NCBI RefSeq assembly: GCF_902652985.1
Contig: NC_047018.1
Location: 16,492,001 to 16,556,000, forward strand
Origin: Pecten maximus
Lineage: Eukaryota
Direction of reading: 5' to 3'
DNA: 64,000 nt
Positions 15,101-27,100 of the stretch are shown here, in pieces. The notes beneath the pieces are model-generated. The model was not told the DNA's origin, searched no databases, and worked only from the letters and a program-made list of their open reading frames with translations. A program made the translations under genes and the position numbers. Position 1 is the stretch's first letter; each line of letters begins with the position of its first letter.

Positions 15101-15926
15101 ACACATGTAGTACAGTTTGGCCTTACCTCTATAGTAAGCCTTGGTGCCACTTATCAATGCCACACATGTAGTACAGTTTGGCCTTACCTCTATAGTAAGC
15201 CTTGGTGCCACTGATCAATGCCACACATGTAGTACAGTTTGGCCTTACCTCTGTAGTAAGCCTTGGTGCCACTGATCAATGCCACACATGTAGTACAGTT
15301 TGGCCTTACCTCTATAGTAAGCCTTGGTACCACTGATCAATGCCACACATGTAGTACAGTTTGGCCTTACCTCTATAGTAAGCCTTGGTGATAGCATCAA
15401 ACTCCTCCTGTCCAGCGGTATCCCACAACATCAGTCTCACATCCTCATTGTTTACTCTGTAATACATGTAACAAACTTTTATAATCGTAGGAAAAGTAGG
15501 GTGAGATATAATTTAGTAAGATAACCTCACAAGTCTCTATCAATAAATATAGTTAATAGTTTTAGGTTCCAGCTGATACTAACTTCTTCAGTGGAACATT
15601 ATTTGGTTGTACATGTAGTTATATATATATTGTAATAGATCATTTAAAGCCAATCTCATTGGTTTTCCCTATTATCAGATCATATCTGGAAACACTAACT
15701 GTGAGACTTGAGACATTTTACCTTACAATACACAATGGTATTAAGCCATACATAAATTGCTGTGTACTTACTCTATCTGCCGCTCCAGAAAGTCCACACC
15801 AATGGTTTTCTTGTATTCCTTGGTGAAGATTCCCTTACAGTAGCGTTGGATCATGCTGGACTTTCCCACAGCTCCGTTCCCTACAATAACGACCTTGATG
15901 GCCGTTTCCATATCCTCTTCCCGCAT
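1930..15926 (-). CDS. RAB23: Ras-related protein Rab-23 (7 coding exons; 257 or 262 aa depending on last acceptor)
   Basis: Manual splice and translation of join(15772-15926,15371-15456,7306-7382,4900-4979,4526-4608,4074-4157,1930-2138 or 2153). All introns GT-AG with consistent phases. MREEDMETAIKVVIVGNGAVGKSS (P-loop), IGVDF, WDTAGQE, YYRGA, NKID, C-terminal CAAX CVIL. N-terminus and single CAAX are characteristic of Rab23. Confidence 0.97.
2163..3812. repeat. Two-unit minisatellite (12-bp ctaccatataaa / 18-bp ctaccatataaagtaaaa) in the last Rab23 intron
   Basis: Directly visible; explains the MVVY/MVVLLY pseudo-ORFs 1930..3195 and 3202..3828. Confidence 0.97.
4074..4157 (-). CDS. RAB23: Rab23 coding exon 6
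   Basis: 84 nt, (V)FRYLSEKYLDQINCEVEEPEPKISIGQ(G); tttcag acceptor, G|gtatat donor. Confidence 0.9.
4305..4520. repeat. Low-complexity CT-rich tract (GA-rich in Rab23 pre-mRNA) directly after the exon 5 donor
   Basis: ~215 nt of almost only C/T on the + strand. Confidence 0.85.
4526..4608 (-). CDS. RAB23: Rab23 coding exon 5
   Basis: 83 nt, (D)EEAEDLAKRLRLRFYRTSVKENLNVDE; ttgcag acceptor, gtgaga donor. Confidence 0.95.
4900..4979 (-). CDS. RAB23: Rab23 coding exon 4
   Basis: 80 nt, VEDEVGEIGMVIIQNKIDLIDDTVVN (G4 NKxD motif); ctttcag acceptor, gtaagt donor. Confidence 0.95.
5080..6898. repeat. 35-bp minisatellite (~50 copies) in Rab23 intron 3
   Basis: Unit actaatctgtttgtcccacatacaaactagtcacc, with 37-bp variants. 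Confidence 0.97.
7306..7382 (-). CDS. RAB23: Rab23 coding exon 3
   Basis: 77 nt, (G)AQACVLAFSTVDRDSFEAVESWKKK; gttttag acceptor, gtagtt donor. Confidence 0.95.
9595..10000. repeat. ~42-52-bp minisatellite with embedded variable (TA)n
   Basis: Unit gtctgccatgtctgtgttttagacaataagacc(ta)n, ~9 copies. Confidence 0.93.
10835..11982. repeat. 31-35-bp minisatellite (~35 copies)
   Basis: Unit gaggttacatcagaacaatgttgtagagacagt; explains the RLHQNNVVETV pseudo-ORFs. Confidence 0.97.
12515..15390 (-). repeat. 52/61-bp minisatellite (~50 copies) derived from the Rab23 exon-2 3' end and donor site
   Basis: Minus-strand unit CACCAAGGCTTACTATAGAG|GTAAGGccaaactgtactacatgtgtggcattgatcagtgg; the first copy is the real exon end. 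Confidence 0.97.
15371..15456 (-). CDS. RAB23: Rab23 coding exon 2
   Basis: 86 nt, (E)VNNEDVRLMLWDTAGQEEFDAITKAYYR(G); ttacag acceptor, G|gtaagg donor. Confidence 0.96.
15772..15926 (-). CDS. RAB23: Rab23 coding exon 1
   Basis: 155 nt, MREEDMETAIKVVIVGNGAVGKSSMIQRYCKGIFTKEYKKTIGVDFLERQI; donor GA|gtaagt. Likely acceptor tttctgtatttccag at 16194-16208, so the exon probably has a 5'UTR portion up to 16193. Confidence 0.96.
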
Positions 15927-17005
15927 GATTAAAGTTTAAAGGTCACACAGGTCAAGGTCATTAAAGACACAGAGGTCAAGGTCACACATTCTAGTTTTGT
16001 ACAAAAACACAAAGAAAAATTCCACACGGTTTCTTGTTGATATCACATGACAAGATATTGGTCTTTACATATTTATATTGCTATTGATCCCGTTTAGAGC
16101 CTGCAAAGTTGTAGACAGGTTTCAGGCATAAATCACAAATAACAGATACAGAACTGGTCTCCTCCATCACATCCAGGTACGCCTACAGTAGACCTGGAAA
16201 TACAGAAACAGGCACGTATAAGTCACCCAGGCGTTTAGCTGTATCAGATAACACACAAGATGATCCTTGATAATTCTTTACATCTTACATATTACACACT
16301 TAAGTATTCTTATCTGGCTGATTTAAGCTTGAAATTATTTCATTTAAGACTGATAAATATGATAAAATTATGTAAATTCAAATGCAGTGATATGACAATT
16401 GAATTAATATACCTAGTTACTCAATTGTAGAATGGTCCATATACCCACAGAAACCAGCAAAGGTCCCATCCTCACCAACTAACCCTGGATATCTGAATAA
16501 AGTCCCATTTACATATTAAAGACATCAAGATGATCCTAGACATATACGGCTGGGAAGTTTACTGCATGACAGCATTTTACAACCCATTAAATTTGACTGA
16601 AGGCAAAATATAATGGAGATATATTAAGTCTGAAAAATGAAATAGCCTTGAGTCGTTATCAAATAGTGGAGATATTTGTAAAATGCCCCTTTAGCTTGTA
16701 TCCTCATCAACAACATGTTTAGAGTCCTGTTCTGTGGTAACATTCTCCTTTCTTTTATTATACTGCACTCTAACTTCTGGCTGAGGTAGGACAATTTCCA
16801 GGGCAGAAAAGTCAGGGCAAAATCAGAAATTTTGTTAACATGACAAGTTATTTTGATAAAAATATAATATAGGGTAAATAAAATAGAGAGCAATAATGTA
16901 AGTAAAAGAACCAGATAGATATATGAAACAGCACAGAAAATAAACATTAGGTGCTTATGATATATATACAGGTCAATTCAAAACAGCTTTTGAATAATAT
17001 ATACA

Positions 17006-17230
17006 TTTATTGCATTTTTGCCAGTTAAATATCAAACTAATAAAACTTATATTTTCAATGCAGCAATGAGCAGTTTTTCATTTTTGACCAATCAGAGTCA
17101 ATCTTAAGCTTTGTTATCACCTCATTGAAACTTGCTGATTTTTCCAATCAAAGCAGTGGTAGATAAATTGGTTATTTTGCTGTATTTCTGAAACATTCAG
17201 ACTAGTTTTTGACAAAATACTAACTTGACG
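17006..17230 (+). mobile_element. Fragment of an interspersed repeat also present at 47772-48005
   Basis: Colinear similarity tttattgcatttttgccagt...aataaaacttatattttca...gaaacttgctgatttt...agataaattggttattttgctgta...ttcag between the two loci. Confidence 0.8.
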
Positions 17231-18254
17231 TTTCGCTATTCATGCACAAATTCCCCGATAACAGCAGAAAACTCTCAAATTGCTTTGACCAGTCCTTATA
17301 TTACACTGACATGTTTCACACTTACAAAAGTATACCTACACATACGTGCAACCATTACAATGGCAAAGTGATCAAATTCAATGTCAGACTTTAATTAAGT
17401 ATGTATATATGTTTTCTCTCACTTGTGCTCTAGTCCCTGGGAGTGAAAGGTCACACATTTTTACATTTTTTTTCTGTATACAAAAGCACGGCATAATCAC
17501 TCTATGACAATAGGCTTTCTTTACGATATTGACTAAGAGATATAATTGATCCAAGCACCATGTTCACTTTTTCTTTGACTCACATTAACTCTTCAATGGT
17601 AAAATGGCCCCGACAAAGATAGAACCAGCCTTCACTACTGGCCCACAATGCTGCTTTATCTACAGTCAAGTGTCCGATACCAGTTCAATTATTCTGGTTT
17701 AATGACATGAATCAGCATATTGAGATCTTCTATCTCGGCCATCGAGGACTTGTTCTGCTTTAGGGTTTACACTGAATTTCTAGTTCAATGAACTATGTAC
17801 AGCTGTGGACAAGTTCCCACCAATCTGTAAGTTGAGCATCCGTTACTCCACTTGTTTAAAATGGTCTATAAATATTGTTGGTACGTCATTATCACTGGTG
17901 GTTAGGGCACAATTATACAGGTATCGGGTACTGGTAAATATAGGTGTCCAGTTTTGTAAGTGTATAGGTACCCAGTAGATAAAAGGTGATACAATGACAT
18001 TGGAAACTAGGCTAAGAAGGTGTTGACATTACTGAGTATGTGTATTATATACTCCCATCATTGACCGTAAGATTGTACTCTAGGGTATCTATTAACAATA
18101 CAACATTACAACATCATACAAAATCATTTAGAGTAACATTAAGTAATAGGGATGCCTTTGATTATATGCATGTCAAAATGCTCCTTGGACTTATTATAGC
18201 TTTCAATAGGTCAATGCTCAAGATCAATACGCCAATAGTGCAGACCACAAAGCC

Positions 18255-18405
18255 AATGCCCCAGACCAATAAGCCATGACCCGAGACCAATAAGCCATGA
18301 CCCAAGACCAATAAGCCATGACCCAAGACCAATAAGCCATGACCCGAGACCAATAAGCCATGACCCAAGACCAATAAGCCATGACCCAAGACCAATAAGC
18401 CAATG
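18255..18405. repeat. 21-bp minisatellite (~7 copies, degenerate tail to ~18620)
   Basis: Unit gaccaataagccatgacccaa. Confidence 0.92.
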
Positions 18406-20164
18406 CCTCAGACCTATATGCCAAGGCCCTAGATCGACCAATAAGTCAATACCCCAGCCTATAGGCCAATACGTATACCTCAGACCTATAGGTCAACACC
18501 CTAGCCCAACAGACCAATACTCCCACACCGATAGGACAAAACATAGACCTATAGGCCAACACCCCAGACCAACAACCTAGATCTATATACATGTATAGGC
18601 AAACACCCCAGACCAACACCCAACCCCCAAACTTTATTGCTTACTATACGTATGAGTGCATGTCTCAGGATACATTTTCTTGTGGAGGTGAGCAATCAAT
18701 CTTACAAATATATGAATTATGTATCAAAGGGACTAGACTTGTTATGATTCCCAGTTATATAAATAATATATTGGACATGAGAGAGGTGTCAATTTTCTGG
18801 CCCCTACAGTGGTTCTGATGTGTTTTGATTCATTATAACATAGGCCAGAATTGATTGAAGTCAAACACGAAATCTCCCAGAGTCTAGTACATCATTATAA
18901 TGTGTAAAGAGAAACAATTAACATTGCCACAGTGACTGTAAATATCACATTAATCTCAGAACCTAGCTTTCATCTGATCCTTGTGACCTTATAATTCCAC
19001 TAATGCCTCACATTCAGACCCATTACACATGTTCTGTTACACTTTATAATTCAAATTTCAACAATTAACAGGGTTTTCTAAGGACTTGGATCCTCATGAT
19101 TATGAAGATTGCTCACTGTATCAAGGAACAATCTTTACCATAAAAATGTGATCTTAGATTCACAATGTCACAACATTAATGTAAATTTTCAGTCAGAAAA
19201 TCATTCAAGGCCTATATGGAGCATTGACATGGCCAAAGGAAAGACAAACATCCATGTACAACACTGAACATGTAATCAGCTTGTATATATGCTTTTGCTG
19301 ATTTTACACAAAAAAATTATGTACTGTTGACAAATCTTATTACTTTCCAAGATCAATGATAAATCTTCTGTTCATATCTCAAAATCAAAAACTCCAGTCC
19401 ACTAATTCAAGTGGAATGTGTATTTACCAAGAAGACTTTCTCTGTGGCAGTATTCAATGTGTACTGTACATATCACAGTTAAATACTAAATGATACTGAT
19501 TGAAATACCAGATTTACTTTCAAAAGGATTAATTTCAATGCAAAAAACGTTAAGTAAAACATCAATTAAAGAAATTCTTTAATGCTTTTCTGACAGGAGA
19601 TGTTTGTGAGGAGGTCTTTGTCTGACAAACAATGCAAACAAGATGCCGCTGGTTAGAGCCTATTGATTGTGTGTGATCCGTAAATTAAACATGCTCAGTA
19701 ATTGTCCCTATACTCAACACCAGTTGGTATATTACTACCAGACATTGCTGATTTTACATTTTGTACTATAATAAACCTATACTAATATATAATATTACTA
19801 ATTTAAGTTATGAGCTAATAAATCTGAGACATACATTGAATGTATACCTAATACATACTTATGCAAGAGTGGTCATGTATTGTATATAAATGTCATGGTA
19901 TAGATGAAATCAAAACTTTAGCTGTTAATTGTTCTCTTTAAGAATTCCCTACCACTAGCCTAAAGGGAAACTTGAATTATCACAGCTGGTATGTCAATCT
20001 GTACTCAACTTTTTCAAAACTCTCTCCATCCTAAATGTTGCCCCTCAGAGTATGATAACCACAGTACGCAGGTTCTATAGTCGAGACTTCAGATTTTCAA
20101 TTTACAAAGTAGTGCTGCAGAATTACTGGTTTCCTGGTTAAGGGCATTCTGTTTTGGTTGCTTA

Positions 20165-21285
20165 TTTGGACAAACTGATTAGTGGTTGCTGATTAATGGG
20201 ACAGACAAATTATAGTGGTGGCTGGTTAGTGATTGAGACATCTATTTTAGTGGCTGGTTAGTGAGACATCAATTTTAGTGGCTGGTTAGTGAGACATCCA
20301 TTTTAGTGGTTGGTTAGTGAGAAAACCATTTTAGTGGCTGGTTAGTGAGACATCCATTTTAGTGGTTGGTTAGTGAGACATCCATTTTAGTGGTTGGTTA
20401 GTGAGAAAGCCATTTTAGTGGCTGGTTAGTGAGACATCCATTTTAGTGGTTGGTTAGTGAGAAAGCCATTTTAGTGGCTGGTTAGTGAGACATCCATTTT
20501 AGTGGCTGGTTAGTGAGACATCCATTTTAGTGGTTGGTTAGTGAGAAAGCCATTTTAGTGGCTGGTTAGTGAGACATCCATTTTAGTGGCTGGTTATATA
20601 TTAGTGGGACATCCATTTTAGTGGCTGGTTAGTGAGACATCCATTTTAGTGGCTGGTTAGTGAGACATCCATTTTAGTGGCTGGTTAGTGAGACATCCAT
20701 TTTAGTGGCTGGTTATATAATTAGTGAGACATCCATTTTAGTGGCTGGTTATATATTAGTGGGACATCCATTTTAGTGGCTGGTTAGTGGGACATCCATT
20801 TTAGTGGTTTGTTAGTGGGACAGACATATCAGTGGTTTGTTAGTGGGACAGACATATTAGTGGTTTTGTTAGTGGGACAGACATATTAGTGACTTGTTAG
20901 TGGGACAGACATATCAGTGGTTTGTTAGTGGGACAGACATATCAGTGGTTTGTAAGTGGGACAGACATATTAGTGACTTGTTAGTGAGACAGTCATATTA
21001 GTGGCTGGTATAGTGGGACAGTGCTATAAATGGTGGTTAATTAATGGGACAGCCAGACTAATGGAGGCTACTGGCTGTTAGACAAACAGACACAGATTAG
21101 TGGTAACTGGTTAACAGGGCAAACAGAAAGATTTGTGGTAACTGGTTAATGGGACAATCAGAAAGATTTGGTTAGTGGTTAACAGGACAAACAGAAACAG
21201 AATAGTGATAGATCATTAACTATACAAAGTAAGACAGCCAGATTAGTGGTGGCTGGTTAATGGGGCATCCAGATTAGGGTGGCTG
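20165..21285. repeat. 28-30-bp minisatellite with degenerate flanks
   Basis: Units ttagtgagacatccattttagtggctgg changing to ttagtgggacagacatattagtggtttg. Confidence 0.93.
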
Positions 21286-23324
21286 GCCATCGTTAATGTG
21301 GAATCTAGATCATATTAATTAATGGCCTGACTTGAGATTGCTGACAGTACTTTATAATTAGACATTGAGACAACTTACCTGTACCTTATAAAATCCACAT
21401 CCATGCGAGTATGTGGTGGTGTACATGTAAACCCACGGAAATAAAACATGAGTTGTTCATTACCAGCTTGAACTGCCGATCGCGACTCTGCTTCAGTTTT
21501 ATATCACCTTTATATGTCATTCCAGGAGTAAATATGATATTAATCAATGAGGTGAACATCCACGTTACTCTGTACCAGTCAACCATCACCTGTCACAGAG
21601 GGATCATCTTTACTGGCCACTAAATATTGATGTACCCCCTCTTTGGTTGGCCTGGGGCAGGAGTGGCCACACAGCTCTGGTCAGTCTGCTGTGTAATACA
21701 CATGACTGATTGCCTTTAAATGCAATCGACCAGAAAGTGTAGCTTAGGGTTATCGTTTTTGTGATATAGACAAATGGCCACCAGCTACACCTATTGTCAG
21801 ACAGAGGTTCAATACACAAATGATATTACTTCTCAGTCCAGGTATTAGGTCAGTGAAACCAATGACAAGGATAAATGCATGAAGTGATAGCAAACCTACA
21901 AACAGGGGAATTAACAATATATATGTAGATGTTATATATAGCTTGTGCTATGGGCAGACATATACTGTGTATGGAAAATGTAAGTAAAGGACAAGAGCCA
22001 GAGAGGAGGTGGGGACAGTGGGAAGAAAGGGGAGACAAATGAAGATGTTGGATCAAAGGAACGGGGGCAGAGGGAAAGAGGAAATTGATGGAAAGTAAAG
22101 GAGGGATGGACGGGGACAAACTGATACTATGTCTCCTCTGTTCAGTTTTAAGCAAACTCCAAAATTCACTAAAATTCTAATTTTTTTTACAAAAACAACC
22201 AAAAATCCTTCACTTGAAACCTCCACTTGATCCGAAGCACTCTGTATATGTTATAGAAATGTGTGATCATTGATGCATTGCAAAAACAAATATCAAATTT
22301 TGCAACATCACTGATTCTCTAAATTCACCTACATTGTATTAGTAAATGAGCAGAAAATACATATGATTTATAATAGAATTCATTTCAATTTGGCTATTAA
22401 TTATAACTAACTTATAAACCAAATGGAAAATGAAGCTACCGTATTAAGATTTGTATCTATTTTTCTACAAATCTAAGGTTCTTAACCCAAAAATACAGCA
22501 AAACAAGCTTAAGAAATACTATCAGGAATTAAATTAAGATCTACATCACCTTAAGAGTGGCTAGGTGGCATGCTACCTTTCACTACAAAGTAAATGTTTA
22601 AGTTTATAATGGTTAGCAGAAAACAATTAATCAAAAGTTTCCAACTCCTTAAACACTACTTGATGTCATGATCATTATAATGTATACCACGTACAAAGAT
22701 ATCGGTCAAAAATTATAGTAGGAGATCTCTGAGCAAAAAAAACGTTTATGCTGGAAGTACGCCATACCATAATATTAATATTCCCTTCAAATTTGACCAG
22801 AGTTTTTTTCTCACTGCATGGTTTTGGATGGGGCCTTTTTGTCTCATTTTGGGAAGAAAACGCATGGATTGGGAAAGATTTTTTCAGGAGCAAAATAGAT
22901 TTTTGAACAAATCTTTAAAGTGATTGTTAATGATACAGCTTTTGGAAAGGAACACCACATAGTTTTGATTTGTGTCTTCATATCAGGTGAGGTACAGAAG
23001 GGAAACCGTAAGAAGAAGAGTTCTGTGGCAGAGAATTGATGTTGATGGAAAGCTAAATAGGGGCAAACTGATAGCAAATATTACTTGTTAGGAAGGAAGA
23101 CTGACAATGAACCTTTGTTCCCTTTTATATGTATCACGAGATTGATTGGCATGAAAAATGACATTTTTGAAGTATGACAAGTGAACCACAAAATGTTTGA
23201 AGTTCTTAATTTGTCTTTTTAGCACTGTTGATTTTCAATGAGTGTAATTAGCTGTGTCTGTAGAATGATCAGGGCTATGTGACAGTGGGAACATTATAGG
23301 GTGATTATATCTCCTACAGAAACA

Positions 23325-24116
23325 TCAGGTTATCAGGTGTGAACAAATTACACCTGATACATCTCACCTGTAACAGGCTAAGGAAGCTGGTTATAAGGTG
23401 TGAATGAATATCACCTGTACATCTCACCTATAACAGGCTAAGGAAGCTGGTTATAATTATAAGGTGTGAATGAATTACACCCGATACATCTCACCTGTAA
23501 CAGGCTAAGGAAGCTGGTTATAAGGTGTGAATTAATTACACCTGTACATCCCACCTGTAACAGGCTAAGGAAGCTGGTTATAAGGTGTGAATGAATTACA
23601 CCCGATACATCTCACCTGTAACAAGCTAAGGAAGCTGGTTATAATTATAAGGTGTGAATGAATTACACCTGTACATCTCACCTGTAACTGGCTAAGGAAC
23701 TGGTTATAAGTTGTGAATGAATTACACCTGTACATCCCACCTGTAACAGGCTAAGGAAGCTTTTTATACATGTAAGGTGTGAATGAATTACATCTCTACA
23801 TCCCACCCTGTAACAGGCTAAGGAAACTGGTTATAAGGTGTGAATGAATTACACCTGTACATCTCACCTGTAACTGGCTAAGGAAGCTGGTTATAAGGTG
23901 TGAATGAATTACACCTGTACATCCCACCTGTAACAGGCTAAGGAAGCTTGTTATACATGTAAGGTGTGAATGAATTACACCTGTACATCTCACCTGTAAC
24001 AGGCTAAGGAAGCTGGTTATAAGGTGTGAATGAATTACACCTGTACATCTCACCTATAACAGACTAAGGAAGCTGGTTATAAGGTGTGAATGAATTACAC
24101 CCGATACATCTCACCT
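23325..24116. repeat. 60-bp minisatellite (~13 copies)
   Basis: Unit acctgtaacaggctaaggaagctggttataaggtgtgaatgaattacacctgtacatctc, some copies with 6-bp insertions. Confidence 0.95.
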
Positions 24117-27100
24117 TAAGATCCAGTGCAATTTTCACTTGTAACTTAATTATATATATAAACTATAGAGACATGATGTTATTGGCTATGGAGACTGGTG
24201 ATCATCATATTTCACCTGCATAGCCCAAACTTGTTCTACAGGTATACGTACTTCAAACATAAACACCAAAACGAATTCAGTTTAATCATCAACTTAATGA
24301 AAATGCACCTGCAGCCTATTTTTAAAATGATAAAATCTGGATACAAAACTGAGATGCTTCAAATAACTTTCCATCAAACAATTATATAAAGTGCTTTGAA
24401 ATACTGATTTACTGCTACATAATTGTATGAGTTATATGGTTAATGGAGACAAGGTGTTTAGTATCAAGTGATCACTCTACCTCTGTATAACACATAACCC
24501 GTTACTCCTGTTTATACTCGGTTCTATCTTACTTTTTGCACTCCTTTAGTGGTCCTACCACTCCAGTGACTAAATGATCATCTACTGGTTCAACCAGTTC
24601 ATACAGCTAATTGTATATAGATCCCTCCTTTAATTTGCTCCCCACCCAACTTTTCATTTCTGTATTCAACACATTCTCAATGTTTTTACTGTACACACAA
24701 AAATACTTTAAACCGAACATTTATCCGCAGTGTGTGGTATTTTTTTTGTGTGTGATCTGAATCAAGTGGATCATCAGGTGCTCTTGATATTATTCAGAAT
24801 TATGTTTGATACATATCTATGACTCAACTGGTACAACAGAATCACTTCCGGTGTTTTAGAATGATGACAAACACAGGACAATACCTGGAGATTGAACCTG
24901 GCTCACTGAGGACTTCGATACACAGACACTGATGTTTTCATTGATCAACAGTACGTTCTGTCCCTGTTTGTTTACAGGTAGAAGAGTCAGGCCTTATGTA
25001 GTGATCGAGGCCAGTCAGGTTGAATTATATCACCAACTTTTTACTGACATTAAATTAAAGCATCAATGGATGGTGAACCAGATCCTCAGTAACAAACCTG
25101 GCTATATTGAATGCAGTAGCTATATAATGTTACTATCATTTGTTAAAATCTTATATATTTTACATGTATACTGATAGTTTTCTTCCTCTTCTAAATTTCT
25201 AAACAAATCTAGCTAGTACAAATTGCTATTTATTTCCTTTTTTTTTTTTTACACATATATTGATGAAGTTTATTTTAACAAAGAAAATACCTGCACTATA
25301 GCTAGTTGAAGTTAATGTATTTTTTTTTTTCCAGCTTTTAAGAATTTATTAAGAACAAAACAATGCTACAGTATTTGGAATCTACATAAGATGTATACAT
25401 GTAATAAATATGTATGTGTAATATAGGCTAGATTTAGTGGTGTTAATGACTATGTTTGTACAAACAGATCTGAAATCCAAGAAGTTAAAATTTGAACTAG
25501 TGTGTGTAAATTGGTCAGTTTGACTTTATAATTATGCCTTATCACCCCTCTACAGCTACAGCTAATAATGTTATCAACATTATTAACCCTGCCATCAAGC
25601 AATTGCCATCTCTGGACAATGTGGTGTCCATGTTTACACTAGATAGCATGTCCAATCTTATGGGCTAGTGTTGGAGTTTAATGACAAGACTAGTGATAAA
25701 TGTGTGAGACTACAAGTGTCCTGGAGTGGGACAGGTCAGTAAATATATCAGGTCTACAATAACATGGCTAACCCTAAATACCTACACATTGACGATGTAG
25801 TCACACACCAATCATCACCCACTTCATTACTACCTTCATTTTCTACCTGGTATGGGGATGATATTGGTACCTTTATACATATACATGTAGTCTACCACAG
25901 GCAGTGACATCGATACTGGGGATATATTACATACCTTTGTTGTGAGGCCGCTAACCTTACATAATAGAAGGACAATGTGTCATGAACCTGTGAGAACAGG
26001 TTGAGAAAATTGGGGTAATAGTCGTGAGAGAATTTTTTAATCAAGGGAGATAATATGCAAATCAGGGGAGATAATTTTTGAAATAGGGGCAATAACTTAT
26101 GATACAGGCTACATGTATAAGGGAAGTAGACGGTCAACAGTACAAAGTTTCTGATAAGCTTGACACATGAAGCATTTTTGTACTTAATTATTCACTGTAT
26201 CATTCAAACATTGACTTTTAAACTTACTTAACATGCACATGGAATACTACAAACCTTCATTGAATCATCTAGCTCATCTGATATCAACAACCAGGTAATG
26301 GAAGTATATCGCTCTCAGCAAAAATTTGCATATCTGTCTGCTGATATATGATCTACAGTAAAAATCTCATTTATCCTTTGGCAAACCAGAGATAAATCTA
26401 TATAACTACCTAGATGGAATAGATCCGGAATAGAACATCCAAGCCCTCTAGTGTTCAACGGTTCACCATACAGTCAATGACAAGTCTGATTTCACATTTA
26501 ACATTGGTTTCATCTAACGTGACTATACTTCAAATTTCATTAAATACAGGATTGTGAGAGTATGTTTATATCACAATATATATACAATTTTAATCTGTTG
26601 TTTTCTTATATACAAGCACAGAGTTGAGAATAAAACAAAATTCCAAGTATATATGAACAACAATTTGTAAACAATCACTCAGCACTATAGTACACACTAG
26701 AGTTTAAAACGAGATATATCCTCATGATGACACCATTGATACATAATCTGTACCTGTAGGTACAAAACCCTGGTAGCTGTACATGTCAATATCTCAACAT
26801 AAAATGTTCATAAGGAATCACTCTACCATAGTGTGTATACACTTAATGAGGAAATTGCGACAGAATTGTTTATGTCAGTTACTTTCATTTATTTGATTTT
26901 GGTTGATACAGAGATTTTGAATTCAACCTTACAATTAGCCTGCACTGAAGCTATAATATACTGCAATATGTGTGACCATTTGGAGTAATTTGATTAAACA
27001 TTTTTTATGTAGAATGACAGACAGGTAACTGTTGCATTACCAAGATGAAAAAGACAATAGATTTATACCAGAAAGTATAAACAATATTTTGTATATTTAT

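Noticed and set aside
5080-15390. CRISPR-like appearance of regular 30-60-bp repeats
   Set aside because: No unique spacers, no cas genes, eukaryotic intron context.
10835-15390. Hammerhead-like CTGA motifs in other arrays (ctgatgt, ctgatca, ctgatta)
   Set aside because: They lack CUGANGA plus helix II plus GAAA in the required order, unlike 58681-60160.
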